The position numbers and the translations under genes were made by a program. A DNA stretch of 64,000 nt. Origin: an uncultured candidate division Zixibacteria bacterium (lineage in GTDB: Bacteria > Zixibacteria > MSB-5A5 > GN15 > PGXB01). Within the stretch, counting starts at the first letter, position 1, and each line of letters opens with the position of its first letter. The notes under the pieces were generated by a model. The model made no database searches. It was given only the letters and a program-made list of their open reading frames with translations, and was not told the origin of the DNA. The stretch lies in contig OY969724.1 of assembly GCA_963702205.1 (NCBI GenBank), forward strand, positions 512,001-576,000, written 5' to 3'. This document shows positions 40,118-49,847 of this stretch, piece after piece.

Positions 40118-41209
40118 TTATTGCCCCAGGAGCTCCTTGGCCTTTCTGAGGTTCATCTGGGCGGCTTTAATGTGTCCGGCACAGGCGTCGGACTGGTTGT
40201 CGGCGCACAGGCGTTCCGCCGCGCTGATATGTTCGGCGGCCGATTCAAGCAGCCGGGCGGCCACACCGTCGGTCGCGCCGGCCATATCGTGAAGGCGTTC
40301 CTGTTCGGCTTTCATCTGGCGAATTTTGGTCTGAAGTTCATTTTCTCCCGCGCACAGTTCGCTGAGACGCCGATACATCTGGCGGGCCTGTTTCATATTC
40401 TGTTCGAAGCGACCGGGCGCATTCTCGGCGGCAAGCTGGCGGCAGTTGCGATAGGTTTCTTCAAGGCGGGCCATAATCTGCGCTGCTTCCGGCGACGAAC
40501 ATTCGGAGGCCATCAGGCGCGCCTGTTCCATCTGCTGCTCCAGAAGTCGCAGCTGGTTTTCCATGCGCTGACCGTTGCCCTGCCCGGCCTGCATTAATTC
40601 GGTCAGTTTATTCAGCGACTTTTCCGCCTGCAGCGACAGTCTGAGGGCGGGCCGAAGCTGCCTTTTATAGTAGAGCTCCCAGGCCCGGCGCTGGTTATCG
40701 CGGGCGCTGTCGAACATTTCGGACAGGCGTTTTGGCGAGTCGGCTCCCAAATTGGCTTCGAGTCGGGACGCCAGTTGATCGGTTTTTTCAAGCTGGCGCT
40801 GGACTATATTTTCATTGTCCTCGGTCTGGCTGTTCAGACGATCCCGGGCTTCTTTAATGATATTAATTGCACGCCAGGCTTTATCGCGCGCCTGTTGGGT
40901 GAGTTTGAGGCTGGCGCCGATGATAACGGCGGCATCGGAATTGAGACCGTTGCGGGCGCTGGTTTGCATCTGTTCGGCGTTGTTTAATACCTTCTGGGCC
41001 AGTCCAACCGAAATTCGCACGATCTGATACTGGCGGTACTGCGAGGCTTCGGCGATGACGTTCTGTGCCCGCTCGATAACCTGCTGACTGCGATCATACT
41101 CACCTTTCAGACGCTCCCGGGCGGCGTCCGTATTTTGAGCCGAGAGTACGGAAGGCAGCAGAATCATGGCTGTTATAAGCGATATTATAAATTTTTTTGA
41201 CCCGTTCAT
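40118..41209 (-). CDS. Exported alpha-helical repeat protein
   Basis: Signal peptide (...VLSA-Q); A/Q/E/R/L-rich helices; AAGGAGAGG RBS. Confidence 0.8.
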   Translation of the reverse strand: MNGSKKFIISLITAMILLPSVLSAQNTDAARERLKGEYDRSQQVIERAQNVIAEASQYRQYQIVRISVGLAQKVLNNAEQMQTSARNGLNSDAAVIIGASLKLTQQARDKAWRAINIIKEARDRLNSQTEDNENIVQRQLEKTDQLASRLEANLGADSPKRLSEMFDSARDNQRRAWELYYKRQLRPALRLSLQAEKSLNKLTELMQAGQGNGQRMENQLRLLEQQMEQARLMASECSSPEAAQIMARLEETYRNCRQLAAENAPGRFEQNMKQARQMYRRLSELCAGENELQTKIRQMKAEQERLHDMAGATDGVAARLLESAAEHISAAERLCADNQSDACAGHIKAAQMNLRKAKELLGQ

Positions 41210-41243
41210 TTTCCTCTCCTTTGTTATCCCAAAGAAGATATAC

Positions 41244-41258
41244 TCAAATTGTATGCCA
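41244..41258 (-). promoter_or_regulatory. Candidate sigma54 (-24/-12) promoter
   Basis: Minus strand TGGCATACAATTTGA (GG-N10-GA variant), about 35 nt before the ATG at 41209. Confidence 0.55.
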
Positions 41259-41364
41259 ACAGTGCCGCTACCGGTAAGGCTTTGCTATTCATAATATTAT
41301 ATCGTTGCTTGTCAGAGTTGACCAACTTTATTAGTACCCCACGGTACACTTTGAACCGAATGGC

Positions 41365-42693
41365 TCATTTTATCCCGTGATATTTCATCCGCGAATACAG
41401 TCTTCGGCGGGTGATTTTGAGCAGTTTGGCCGCCTCGGTTTTATTCCCGTTTGCCTTTTGAAGAGCATCAAGGATCATCTGTTTCTCGGCCGATTCCAAA
41501 CCGGAAGTACCAGCTGAATCGGGTGCATCGAGCGGGGCCATCTCGGTTTCATCGTCGATGTTTATATGTTCCAATTCGATCGGCTCTCCCCCGGCCAAAA
41601 TTAAAGCCCGCTCGAGAATGTTTTTCAGTTCCCTGATATTTCCCGGCCAGCTGTAACCGGCCAGCATGGCGATAACCTCATCGCTTAGGGCTGGGTGCCG
41701 GTAACCCTGTTTTTCCAGAAAGTACGCGGCGAGCTTTCCTATGTCTTCACGACGCCGGGCCAAAGACGGCATCTCGATCGGAAAAACATTGAGCCGGAAA
41801 AAGAGGTCTTCGCGGAAATTACTCTGTTTGATTTCTTCTTTCAGGTTGCGGTTGGTCGCGGCGATGACGCGCACGTCGGTCTTGACCGGGTCGACCCCGC
41901 CCACTCGGACGAATTGTTTTTCTTCGAGCACGCGCAGCAACTTGGCCTGTAGAGATGGCGACATCTCGCCGATCTCGTCAAGGAAAATGGTGCCACTGTC
42001 GGCCAGCTCGAATCTCCCCCGTTTTCGGGCCACCGCCCCGGTGAAGGAACCTTTTTCGTGACCGAATAATTCGGACTCCAGAAGTGTCTCGGTTAAGGCA
42101 GCGCAGTTGACTGCGATATATGGCCTGCCGTTCCTTCGCGAATTCTCATGGATGAGATTAGCGGCCAGTTCCTTGCCGGTTCCTGATTTGCCGGTCAACA
42201 GGACGGTCGTGTCGGTGGGGGCGACTTTGGAGATAAGATCCAGGAGCTTCCTGGCGGCCGGGGAATTACCGATAAATCGGTCGGATGAAATTTCTCTGAT
42301 GTCATGGCTCAGCATCCCCGAAAGGGCTTCCAGTTTCTGGCGATCGGACAGCTTGCGGCAAAGTTTGACCAGAAGGTCCATCGAGAACGGCTTCAGAATA
42401 TAATCGGCGGCACCCTTTTTCATGGCCTCGACCGCGGTTTCGACGGTGCCGTAGGCGGTCATAATGACGACATCGACATCACCCTTCTTCTTCGCCGCTT
42501 CGAGCACTTCAAGCCCGGAAACGCCGGGCATAGAAAGGTCGGTTATGACAATATCGAAGGATCGCTCATTGATAAGTCTCAACCCTTCCGACGGATCACT
42601 TACAGCCGTGGCAGAAAAGCCCTCGTCGGTCAGGGATTTTTCCACCAAGTATCCCATTTTAGGCTCATCATCTATAATCAATATATTGGCCAT
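41365..42693 (-). CDS. NtrC/AtoC/ZraR-family sigma54 response regulator
   Basis: Receiver (IIDDE, TDLSMP, TAYG, KPF); GKSGTGKE; GSFTGA; HTH. Confidence 0.95.
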   Translation of the reverse strand: MANILIIDDEPKMGYLVEKSLTDEGFSATAVSDPSEGLRLINERSFDIVITDLSMPGVSGLEVLEAAKKKGDVDVVIMTAYGTVETAVEAMKKGAADYILKPFSMDLLVKLCRKLSDRQKLEALSGMLSHDIREISSDRFIGNSPAARKLLDLISKVAPTDTTVLLTGKSGTGKELAANLIHENSRRNGRPYIAVNCAALTETLLESELFGHEKGSFTGAVARKRGRFELADSGTIFLDEIGEMSPSLQAKLLRVLEEKQFVRVGGVDPVKTDVRVIAATNRNLKEEIKQSNFREDLFFRLNVFPIEMPSLARRREDIGKLAAYFLEKQGYRHPALSDEVIAMLAGYSWPGNIRELKNILERALILAGGEPIELEHINIDDETEMAPLDAPDSAGTSGLESAEKQMILDALQKANGNKTEAAKLLKITRRRLYSRMKYHGIK

Positions 42694-42699
42694 TGTCTC

Positions 42700-44025
42700 T
42701 CAGCTCCTCGGTTTATCCAGGGTCAACCTGAAGGTCGTCGGACCGCCCGGTCGGCTGTCGAAATTAATACTGCCGCCCATATCGTCAGCCAGCTTCTTTG
42801 ACAGGTACAGACCCAGCCCCGATCCGGTGGGCGAGGTCGTATAGAAGGGTTCAAATAAAGTTTTGGTTTTGTCGGGTTCTATACCGGGGCCATTATCCCT
42901 GACGGCTATAACATTCCGGCCGCTCTCTTCAGTTATCGAAACCATTATTTCCGGGTTGGTCGCTTTTTTTGAGGCATCGGCGGCATTAAGCAGCAAGTTT
43001 ATGACTATTTGGCGGACGGCAATAGGATCGACCTCTATCTCGTTTTTATTGTCATCGATATCAAGATTTAATGAAATTCCGTCTTTTTTAAAGCCGGGGC
43101 CAAACTGATCGGCGAGGCGTTTGATAACTTCGGTTAGGTCAATAATTTGTTTGACCAGCGGTTTTCGGCCTGAGGCGAAATCGAGGTATCCGGTCACAAT
43201 TTCATTCAACCGGTCGACTTCTTCCAGGATAAAGCCGGTTTCAGGCATTTCGGCGGAACTTTCCCTGCCTTTCTTAAGTCGTTCGGCAGCGGCGCGGATA
43301 ATCATCAGGGGGTTTTTCAATTCATGTGAGACGACCGCTACCATCCGGCCCAGATTGGCCTGGGCCTGGGAACGCAGGAGGCTGCGCTCGGCATTGGCGA
43401 GGCGCCGCTGGACCACGAAAAACAAAATCCCGAATAAGAGCCCGGCTCCGATGGAAAGCCCCGAGGAAAATATCAGGTTGTTTTTAAGCTGGTTCAAGTT
43501 GTCGGTGTAGTCGAGATCGGCTTCGAGGCCCAGAACGGCCGGGGTGAATCCCGAGGTATCATTAAGCGGCGCGAAGGCTGTCTTGAGAAATATATCGCCC
43601 ACTTTGTGCGACCGGCTGACGACGGGCGAACCGGAAGTTCCACCCAGCAGGACGGAATCGATATATTCGCCGTTGAGCGCCTGAAGATAATACACCGAAT
43701 CGCCTGTCAACTGGGTGGTCGCCAGATAGTTATAATCGGGTCCGAGGATAAACACTTCCGACAGAGAATCGACCCGCTGGATTTCGTCCAAAACCTGCAG
43801 GACGGTATCGTAGGCGGCCAGACTGCCGTCGCCCAGAGACTGGATCAGATCGGGCCGGAGTTGGTCGGCCCCCAGCGCGGCCACCGCGGTCAGGCGGCGG
43901 GAAAGCTGGGCCTCATAGCTTTTCTCGGTTTTTTGGTACATCAGCCACCAGGCCAGATTAACGACGGCGATAAGAATAATCGTAAAGATGATTACGACGG
44001 CCGATTGACGACGCACGGTTGCCAT
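42700..44025 (-). CDS. Membrane sensor histidine kinase
   Basis: Two TMs; SHELKNPL; NLLLNA; DNGPGI; FEPFYT; GSGLGL. Confidence 0.94.
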   Translation of the reverse strand: MATVRRQSAVVIIFTIILIAVVNLAWWLMYQKTEKSYEAQLSRRLTAVAALGADQLRPDLIQSLGDGSLAAYDTVLQVLDEIQRVDSLSEVFILGPDYNYLATTQLTGDSVYYLQALNGEYIDSVLLGGTSGSPVVSRSHKVGDIFLKTAFAPLNDTSGFTPAVLGLEADLDYTDNLNQLKNNLIFSSGLSIGAGLLFGILFFVVQRRLANAERSLLRSQAQANLGRMVAVVSHELKNPLMIIRAAAERLKKGRESSAEMPETGFILEEVDRLNEIVTGYLDFASGRKPLVKQIIDLTEVIKRLADQFGPGFKKDGISLNLDIDDNKNEIEVDPIAVRQIVINLLLNAADASKKATNPEIMVSITEESGRNVIAVRDNGPGIEPDKTKTLFEPFYTTSPTGSGLGLYLSKKLADDMGGSINFDSRPGGPTTFRLTLDKPRS

Positions 44026-44162
44026 GCAAATATTAAGCGTCGTGCCAATATACAAGTCAATAATAAACTGCCGACAAGGCTTCGGTGAGTTTTGACTTTA
44101 CATTTGCAAAAGGCCTGACTAAATTAGTTGGCTAAAGAAAAATAAACGGCGGTTTTGAAGAT

Positions 44163-47100
44163 ATGAAATTCGGACAATTTAAAGACATCGGGACTCCGCA
44201 GCTGGAAACACAGATACTCGAGTTCTGGGAAGAAAATAAGGTTTTTGAAAAATTAAACGCGCTGGCCGCCGACCGGCCGCAGTTCGTGTTCTATGAAGGA
44301 CCGCCGACAGCCAACGGGCGTCCGGGAGTGCATCATGCCATTGCCCGGACGATTAAAGACCTTATTTGCCGCTATAAAACGATGCAGGGATTCCGGGTCG
44401 ACCGCAAAGCCGGTTGGGATACACACGGACTGCCGGTGGAAATCGAGGTCGAAAAGCAGCTCGGGCTGGATTCCAAGGAGAGGATTGTCGAGTACGGCGT
44501 CGCGGAGTTCAACAAGAAATGCCGCGAATCGGTTTTTAAATATATCAACGACTGGAACGACATCACCCGCAAGCTGGGGTACTGGATTGACCTTGGTGAT
44601 GCCTATATCACGCTGACCAATGACTACATCGAATCGGTCTGGAACATCCTCAAGAATTTCTTCGACCGCGATCTGATCTACAAAGGCCACAAGACGGTGG
44701 CCTTTTGTCCCCGATGCGAGACGGCGGTATCGAGCCACGAGGTTGCGCAGGGTTATCAGGAGGTCAATGATCCCTCGGTGTTTGTCAAAGTCAAGGCGGC
44801 CGACGATGATTTCTATTACGTGATTTGGACGACGACCCCGTGGACGCTGCCGTCGAATGCCGCCATAGCGATGAGTCCGGACGCCGATTATGCACTGGTG
44901 GAGCACGGCGGTGAAAAACTGGTGCTGGCCAGGGCCTTGCTGGACAAAGTGCTCGGCGAGGATTATAAAATAATCGAGACCAAAAAGGGCACGGAGTTTC
45001 ACAATCGCAAATATATCCCGATGTTCAATACTTTTGCCGACCGTGCCGACGAAGCCTTTTATGTGATCAACGCCGATTTCGTGACGCTCGACGACGGCAC
45101 CGGAATCGTACACGTCGCGCCGGGGTACGGCGCCGACGACTATATCGCCGGGCAGAAGTACGGTCTGCCGGTCTTACAAGCGGTCCGGGCCGACGGGCAT
45201 TTCGAGGATTTCGCCGGGAAATACGCCGGAATGTTTATGAAAAAGGCCGACCCGGAAATTATCAAGGACCTCAAAATCAGCGGACGGCTTTATAAAAAAG
45301 AGCTCTATACACATAATTACCCGTTTTGCTGGCGGTGCGATACACCGCTTATTTATATCGCGCGGCACTGCTGGTATATCCGGACGACCCAGTTCAAAGA
45401 GCAGTTGATCAAGAACAGCAACATAACGCGCTGGCAGCCGGACGATATCCGCACCGGCCGTATGCTCGACTGGTTAGAGAACAACGTCGACTGGGCGCTG
45501 TCCCGTGAGAGGTTCTGGGGTACACCGCTGCCGATTTGGGAGTGTTCCGGGTGCGGGCACCTGACGGCGGTCGGGTCAATCGAGCAGCTTCGAAAAGATG
45601 GGTTGAATGTCCCGTCGGGCGAGCTTGACCTGCACAAACCGACGGTCGATGAAATAAAGCTTAAATGCGAAAAGTGCGGTGAAGAGATGACTCGTGTACC
45701 GGAAGTGATCGACACCTGGTTCGATTCCGGCTCGATGCCGTACGCTCAGTGGCACTATCCTTTCGAGAATAAAGAAGTCTTCGAGCAAAAGTACCCGGCC
45801 GATTTTATTTCGGAAGCCATCGATCAGACGCGCGGCTGGTTCTATTCCCTGCTGGCGATCTCGACTATGCTTTTCGACAAGCCGGCTTTCAAGAATGTCA
45901 TCGTCATGGAGTTGATCCTCGATAAAGAGGGCAAAAAGATGTCGAAAAGCCGGGGGACGGCGGTCAATCCGTTCGATATAATCGCCCGGTACGGGGCCGA
46001 TCCGTTGCGCTGGTATTTGCTGGCGACGTCGAATCCGTGGGTGCCGACACGCTACGACGAAGCCGGCCTGGCCGAGGTCATTCGCAAGTTTTTCGATACG
46101 TACAAAAATAGTTATAGCTTCTTCGCCTTGTATGCCAACGTCGATGACATTTTGCAGCGGGCCGCCGATGACAGTGTGACGGTCGATGAATTCCTCGAAA
46201 AATATGCCGGTGAACCGGAGCGAATCGACCGCTGGATTGTCTCCCGCTATAATTCGCTGGTAAAGAAAATAACGACCCGTCTGGACGGCTACGACATCAC
46301 CCCCCCGGCCCGAATGCTGACCGATTTCGTGATCGATGATCTGTCCAACTGGTATATCCGGCTGAACCGCCGCCGGTTCTGGGCGCCGGAAAATGACCCG
46401 TCGAAAATGCGCGCCTACCTGACCCTGTATCGAATTATGTGCGGGGTCACCAAGCTGGCGGCGCCGTACATCCCGTTTCTGACCGAATATATCTGGCGCC
46501 AGTTGGTACCAGCGGTTAATAAAAGTAGAATTTCGTCGGTACATCTATCGAAGTACCCGGTTTGTGATGAAACGACCATTGATAGTGATCTCGAAGACGC
46601 GATGTCAATAGCGCAGAAAATTGTCTCGGTCGGGCGGGCGGTCCGGGCCAGGAAGAATCTCAAGGTTCGCCAGCCGTTGGCGTCGATACTGGTGCATCTG
46701 CCGGGTGAGAATAATTTTGACCGGATTAAACCTGAGTTGGATGTCATCAAAGAGGAACTGAATATCAAGACCGTGGAACCGCTGGCCAGGGTCGATGACG
46801 TGGTCAGTTACACCGCCAGGCTGAATTTCGCCTTGGCGGGGTCCAAACTTGGTAAACTGGCAAAGGATACCGCCGCGCAGGTATCGGCCTGGGACAGCCG
46901 GACGGTCAGGAATTTTCGCAAGGATGGTTCGGCAACGCTGAAAACCTCCGGCGGCGACGCCGTCCTCGAAGCCGAGGACGTGGAGATTAAGATGGTCGAG
47001 CAGGAAGGTTTCGGGGTGGACGAACACGACGGCATCACGGTGGCATTGAAGACGCGGATCGACGATAACCTGCGCGATGAAGGTTTCGCTCGAGAAATGG

Positions 47101-47333
47101 TCAATAAGATTCAAAACATGCGTAAGTCTTCCGGTTTCGAGGTCACGGACCGTATCACGGTTGAAATAAAAACCGATGAGCCGCTGCTTTCGGCTGTAAA
47201 AAGGTTTGAAGAATATATTTGCAGGGAAACACTTGCCGATAAGATTGAGCTGGTTAGCCGTATATCGCCGGACAAGAACGGCAAGAATTGGAATATAAAC
47301 GGCACCATGGCGGACATCGCAGTAATAAAATAG
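44163..47333 (+). CDS. ileS: Isoleucyl-tRNA synthetase, type 2
   Basis: EGPPTANGRPGVHH, GWDTHGLP, WTTTPWTLP, KMSKS; IleRS2 C-terminus EGFAREMVNKIQNMRK. Confidence 0.97.
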   Translation: MKFGQFKDIGTPQLETQILEFWEENKVFEKLNALAADRPQFVFYEGPPTANGRPGVHHAIARTIKDLICRYKTMQGFRVDRKAGWDTHGLPVEIEVEKQLGLDSKERIVEYGVAEFNKKCRESVFKYINDWNDITRKLGYWIDLGDAYITLTNDYIESVWNILKNFFDRDLIYKGHKTVAFCPRCETAVSSHEVAQGYQEVNDPSVFVKVKAADDDFYYVIWTTTPWTLPSNAAIAMSPDADYALVEHGGEKLVLARALLDKVLGEDYKIIETKKGTEFHNRKYIPMFNTFADRADEAFYVINADFVTLDDGTGIVHVAPGYGADDYIAGQKYGLPVLQAVRADGHFEDFAGKYAGMFMKKADPEIIKDLKISGRLYKKELYTHNYPFCWRCDTPLIYIARHCWYIRTTQFKEQLIKNSNITRWQPDDIRTGRMLDWLENNVDWALSRERFWGTPLPIWECSGCGHLTAVGSIEQLRKDGLNVPSGELDLHKPTVDEIKLKCEKCGEEMTRVPEVIDTWFDSGSMPYAQWHYPFENKEVFEQKYPADFISEAIDQTRGWFYSLLAISTMLFDKPAFKNVIVMELILDKEGKKMSKSRGTAVNPFDIIARYGADPLRWYLLATSNPWVPTRYDEAGLAEVIRKFFDTYKNSYSFFALYANVDDILQRAADDSVTVDEFLEKYAGEPERIDRWIVSRYNSLVKKITTRLDGYDITPPARMLTDFVIDDLSNWYIRLNRRRFWAPENDPSKMRAYLTLYRIMCGVTKLAAPYIPFLTEYIWRQLVPAVNKSRISSVHLSKYPVCDETTIDSDLEDAMSIAQKIVSVGRAVRARKNLKVRQPLASILVHLPGENNFDRIKPELDVIKEELNIKTVEPLARVDDVVSYTARLNFALAGSKLGKLAKDTAAQVSAWDSRTVRNFRKDGSATLKTSGGDAVLEAEDVEIKMVEQEGFGVDEHDGITVALKTRIDDNLRDEGFAREMVNKIQNMRKSSGFEVTDRITVEIKTDEPLLSAVKRFEEYICRETLADKIELVSRISPDKNGKNWNINGTMADIAVIK

Positions 47334-47346
47334 GCGTGAGGCCGTT

Positions 47347-47730
47347 ATGAAAAAAGAGGACCTTGAAAAGTATGAAAAGCTCCTGCTGAAAAAACGCGAG
47401 GAGCTTTTGGAATCCATTGTGGACAAACGCAACCAGACGGGCAAAACGACCCGGGACGCCACCGGCGACCTGTCCAGTTATTCGTACCACATGGCTGATC
47501 AGGGCACGGATGCCATCGAGCGCGAAAAGGCTTTCATGATCGCATCCAAGTCGGGGCGGCTGATTTACCATATCGACCAGGCCCTGATGAGGATTCGGAA
47601 GGGCGAGTTCGGCTTGTGTCACAGCTGCGGGAAACCGATTCAGAAAGCCCGGTTGATGGCGGTGCCGCACGCCCGGTTGTGCCTGGAGTGCAAGGAAAAG
47701 GAAGAGCAGGAGAAAGCCAGCCGTAAGTAG
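47347..47730 (+). CDS. TraR/DksA-family C4 zinc-finger protein
   Basis: HMADQGTD, CHSC...RL.AVP.A.LCLEC. Confidence 0.92.
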   Translation: MKKEDLEKYEKLLLKKREELLESIVDKRNQTGKTTRDATGDLSSYSYHMADQGTDAIEREKAFMIASKSGRLIYHIDQALMRIRKGEFGLCHSCGKPIQKARLMAVPHARLCLECKEKEEQEKASRK

Positions 47731-47731
47731 C

Positions 47732-48259
47732 ATGCGAAAATACGTCCTGTTTATCTTCATTATTTTGGCGGTCGTCGCTCTGGATCAATTTACCAAGTTC
47801 TGGGCAGTGGCCAATCTGGCGGACGGCCAGGTCCACCAGGTCTGGGGGACCTTTTTTCAGGTTAAGCTTCTTTATAACATAGGCGGCGTTATGGGCTCCA
47901 GCCTGGGTGGGAGCACTTTCTACCTGATTTCTTCCCTGTTCGTTTTCGCGTTTGTTATGTATTTCCTGTACACTTACAGAAATTTGATTGTCGTGGCGAT
48001 CCCGATGTGTATCATCGCGGGCGGCGCGATAGGTAACATTGTTGACAGGATACGCCTCGGTCAGGTCATAGATTTTCTCGATTTCGATTTTTTTAATATA
48101 AATATCGGCTCTTTCCACCTCGACAGGTGGTGGACGTTTAATATTTCCGATGCCGCTATCTCGGTCGGCGTCACCTGGTTGATCTTATATCTGCTTTTTG
48201 TCCACCGGGTGCAACAGCCCGAAAACGCGTCATTAACCGAAGATTCCACACCCGCCTGA
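47732..48259 (+). CDS. lspA: Lipoprotein signal peptidase
   Basis: DQFTK, GGAIGNIVDR, VIDF, FNISD. Confidence 0.95.
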   Translation: MRKYVLFIFIILAVVALDQFTKFWAVANLADGQVHQVWGTFFQVKLLYNIGGVMGSSLGGSTFYLISSLFVFAFVMYFLYTYRNLIVVAIPMCIIAGGAIGNIVDRIRLGQVIDFLDFDFFNINIGSFHLDRWWTFNISDAAISVGVTWLILYLLFVHRVQQPENASLTEDSTPA

Positions 48260-48358
48260 CTTGACATCTGTCGGCCATTGTATTATTAACCGATCATTGG
48301 AACCCCTCGTATTGTATGCGGTTTTATGAATATGAACAGCCCACCGAGGAGGCAAAAA

Positions 48359-49432
48359 ATGGCTGACAAACAACAAGTAATAGAAATACTTTCCAAAATA
48401 AACGACCCCGAATTACATCGCCCGTTGACCGATCTGGATATGGTAAAAAACGTCGAAATCGACGGCGGGGTAGTAAATATTGAAATTTCGCTGACTATTC
48501 CCGGCTGTCCTTTGAAGCATAAGATCAGCGAGGACGTCAATACGATGGTCGGAGCGCTGGACGGTGTCGAAAGAGTCAATATTTCTTTCGGGGTTATGAC
48601 CGACGAACAGCGCAAGAATCTCCGGGGTCGGATGTACGGCACCGACAAAGGCCAATCACTTGAAGGCGGGACGCCGAAGGTTCGTCCTGAGGATTTCACC
48701 AAGCGGGTGATAGCGGTGTCCTCTGGAAAAGGCGGCGTCGGCAAATCGACCACAACCTGCAACCTGGCCGCGGCTTTGAGCGGAATGGGATATCAGGTCG
48801 GGATTCTCGACGCGGACGTGTACGGGTTTTCGGTGCCGCGCATTATGGGTGTCCACGGTCAGCCGACGATAATCGATGAGCACATTATCCCCATGCGGCG
48901 CGAGAACATACAGATCATGTCAATGGGCTTTTTCGTGGGCGAAGACGACCCGGTAATCTGGCGCGGACCGATGCTGCACAAAGCGATCAATCAGTTTCTG
49001 ACCGACGTCCTGTGGGACAATCTCGATATCCTGCTGATAGATATGCCTCCGGGTACGGGTGACGTCACGTTGACGGTGGCGCAGGCTATTCCTCAGGCCG
49101 AGATGCTGGTGGTGACGACACCGCAGCCGGTCGCGGCTCATACGGCCGGACGGGTCGCGCGGCTGGCCGAAAAAACCAACCTGAGCGTGCTGGGCGTCAT
49201 CGAGAACATGGCGTACTACGAGTCCAATGGTCATCGTGATTATATTTTCGGTAAGGACGGCGGAAAGAGCCTGGCCAAAACACTGAAAACGACTTTCCTG
49301 GGTGAAATTCCGATCGTGACGGCGATCCGCGAAGCATCGGACGGCGGGGAGCCGGCTGAATTTTCGAACAAAACAGAAATTGCCGGTTATTATCGCACGA
49401 TTGCCGAGGCATTAGTTGCGAAGCAAGCCTGA
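48359..49432 (+). CDS. Mrp/NBP35-family P-loop ATPase with N-terminal DUF59-like domain
   Basis: DPEL...DL.MV, TIPGCP, SGKGGVGKST, DADVYGFS, WRGPM, DMPPGTGD. Confidence 0.92.
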   Translation: MADKQQVIEILSKINDPELHRPLTDLDMVKNVEIDGGVVNIEISLTIPGCPLKHKISEDVNTMVGALDGVERVNISFGVMTDEQRKNLRGRMYGTDKGQSLEGGTPKVRPEDFTKRVIAVSSGKGGVGKSTTTCNLAAALSGMGYQVGILDADVYGFSVPRIMGVHGQPTIIDEHIIPMRRENIQIMSMGFFVGEDDPVIWRGPMLHKAINQFLTDVLWDNLDILLIDMPPGTGDVTLTVAQAIPQAEMLVVTTPQPVAAHTAGRVARLAEKTNLSVLGVIENMAYYESNGHRDYIFGKDGGKSLAKTLKTTFLGEIPIVTAIREASDGGEPAEFSNKTEIAGYYRTIAEALVAKQA

Positions 49433-49619
49433 CCGCTATCCCTTGCGATGATTGACTTTATAAATTTCGATAATTTTTTTTGCGATTTATTTGCACCGTG
49501 CAAAATTATGAATTCGATAAAACAGCCTGTAATTACAATCGACATAAGCACTTTGCACTATCGGTAATTTTTTCCCATAGTGGCTTGACTGAGCCGAGGT
49601 CTTCTCCTTTATTGCTTTC

Positions 49620-49830
49620 ACCGGATAAGCTACACAGCAAAATGTTTACAGGATGTGCACAAATTCAGGATGTTTGATCTTTAGTCAATCATATCAATAG
49701 CTTAACGGCAGACGCATCTGAATCAGGCTGTGGATAATTATGTTTATAACCGGTAATGGGAATTGGGGTTGTGCGGAGTTAATTCCGTAGTGCCTCATGT
49801 TTTGGAAGGAACCGAAAACAGTGGATAATC
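49620..49830. other. oriC part 1: DnaA boxes upstream of dnaA
   Basis: Perfect TGTGGATAA at 49729-49737; variants TGTTTATAA 49741, AGTGGATAA 49820, TGTGCACAA about 49654. Confidence 0.7.
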
Positions 49831-49847
49831 TGTCTCACGGGGGAAAG

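Noticed and set aside
44253..47462. Long antisense ORFs over ileS (likewise over ptb, dnaA, recF and the AAA+ ATPase)
   Set aside because: GC3-bias shadows of well-supported genes on the opposite strand.
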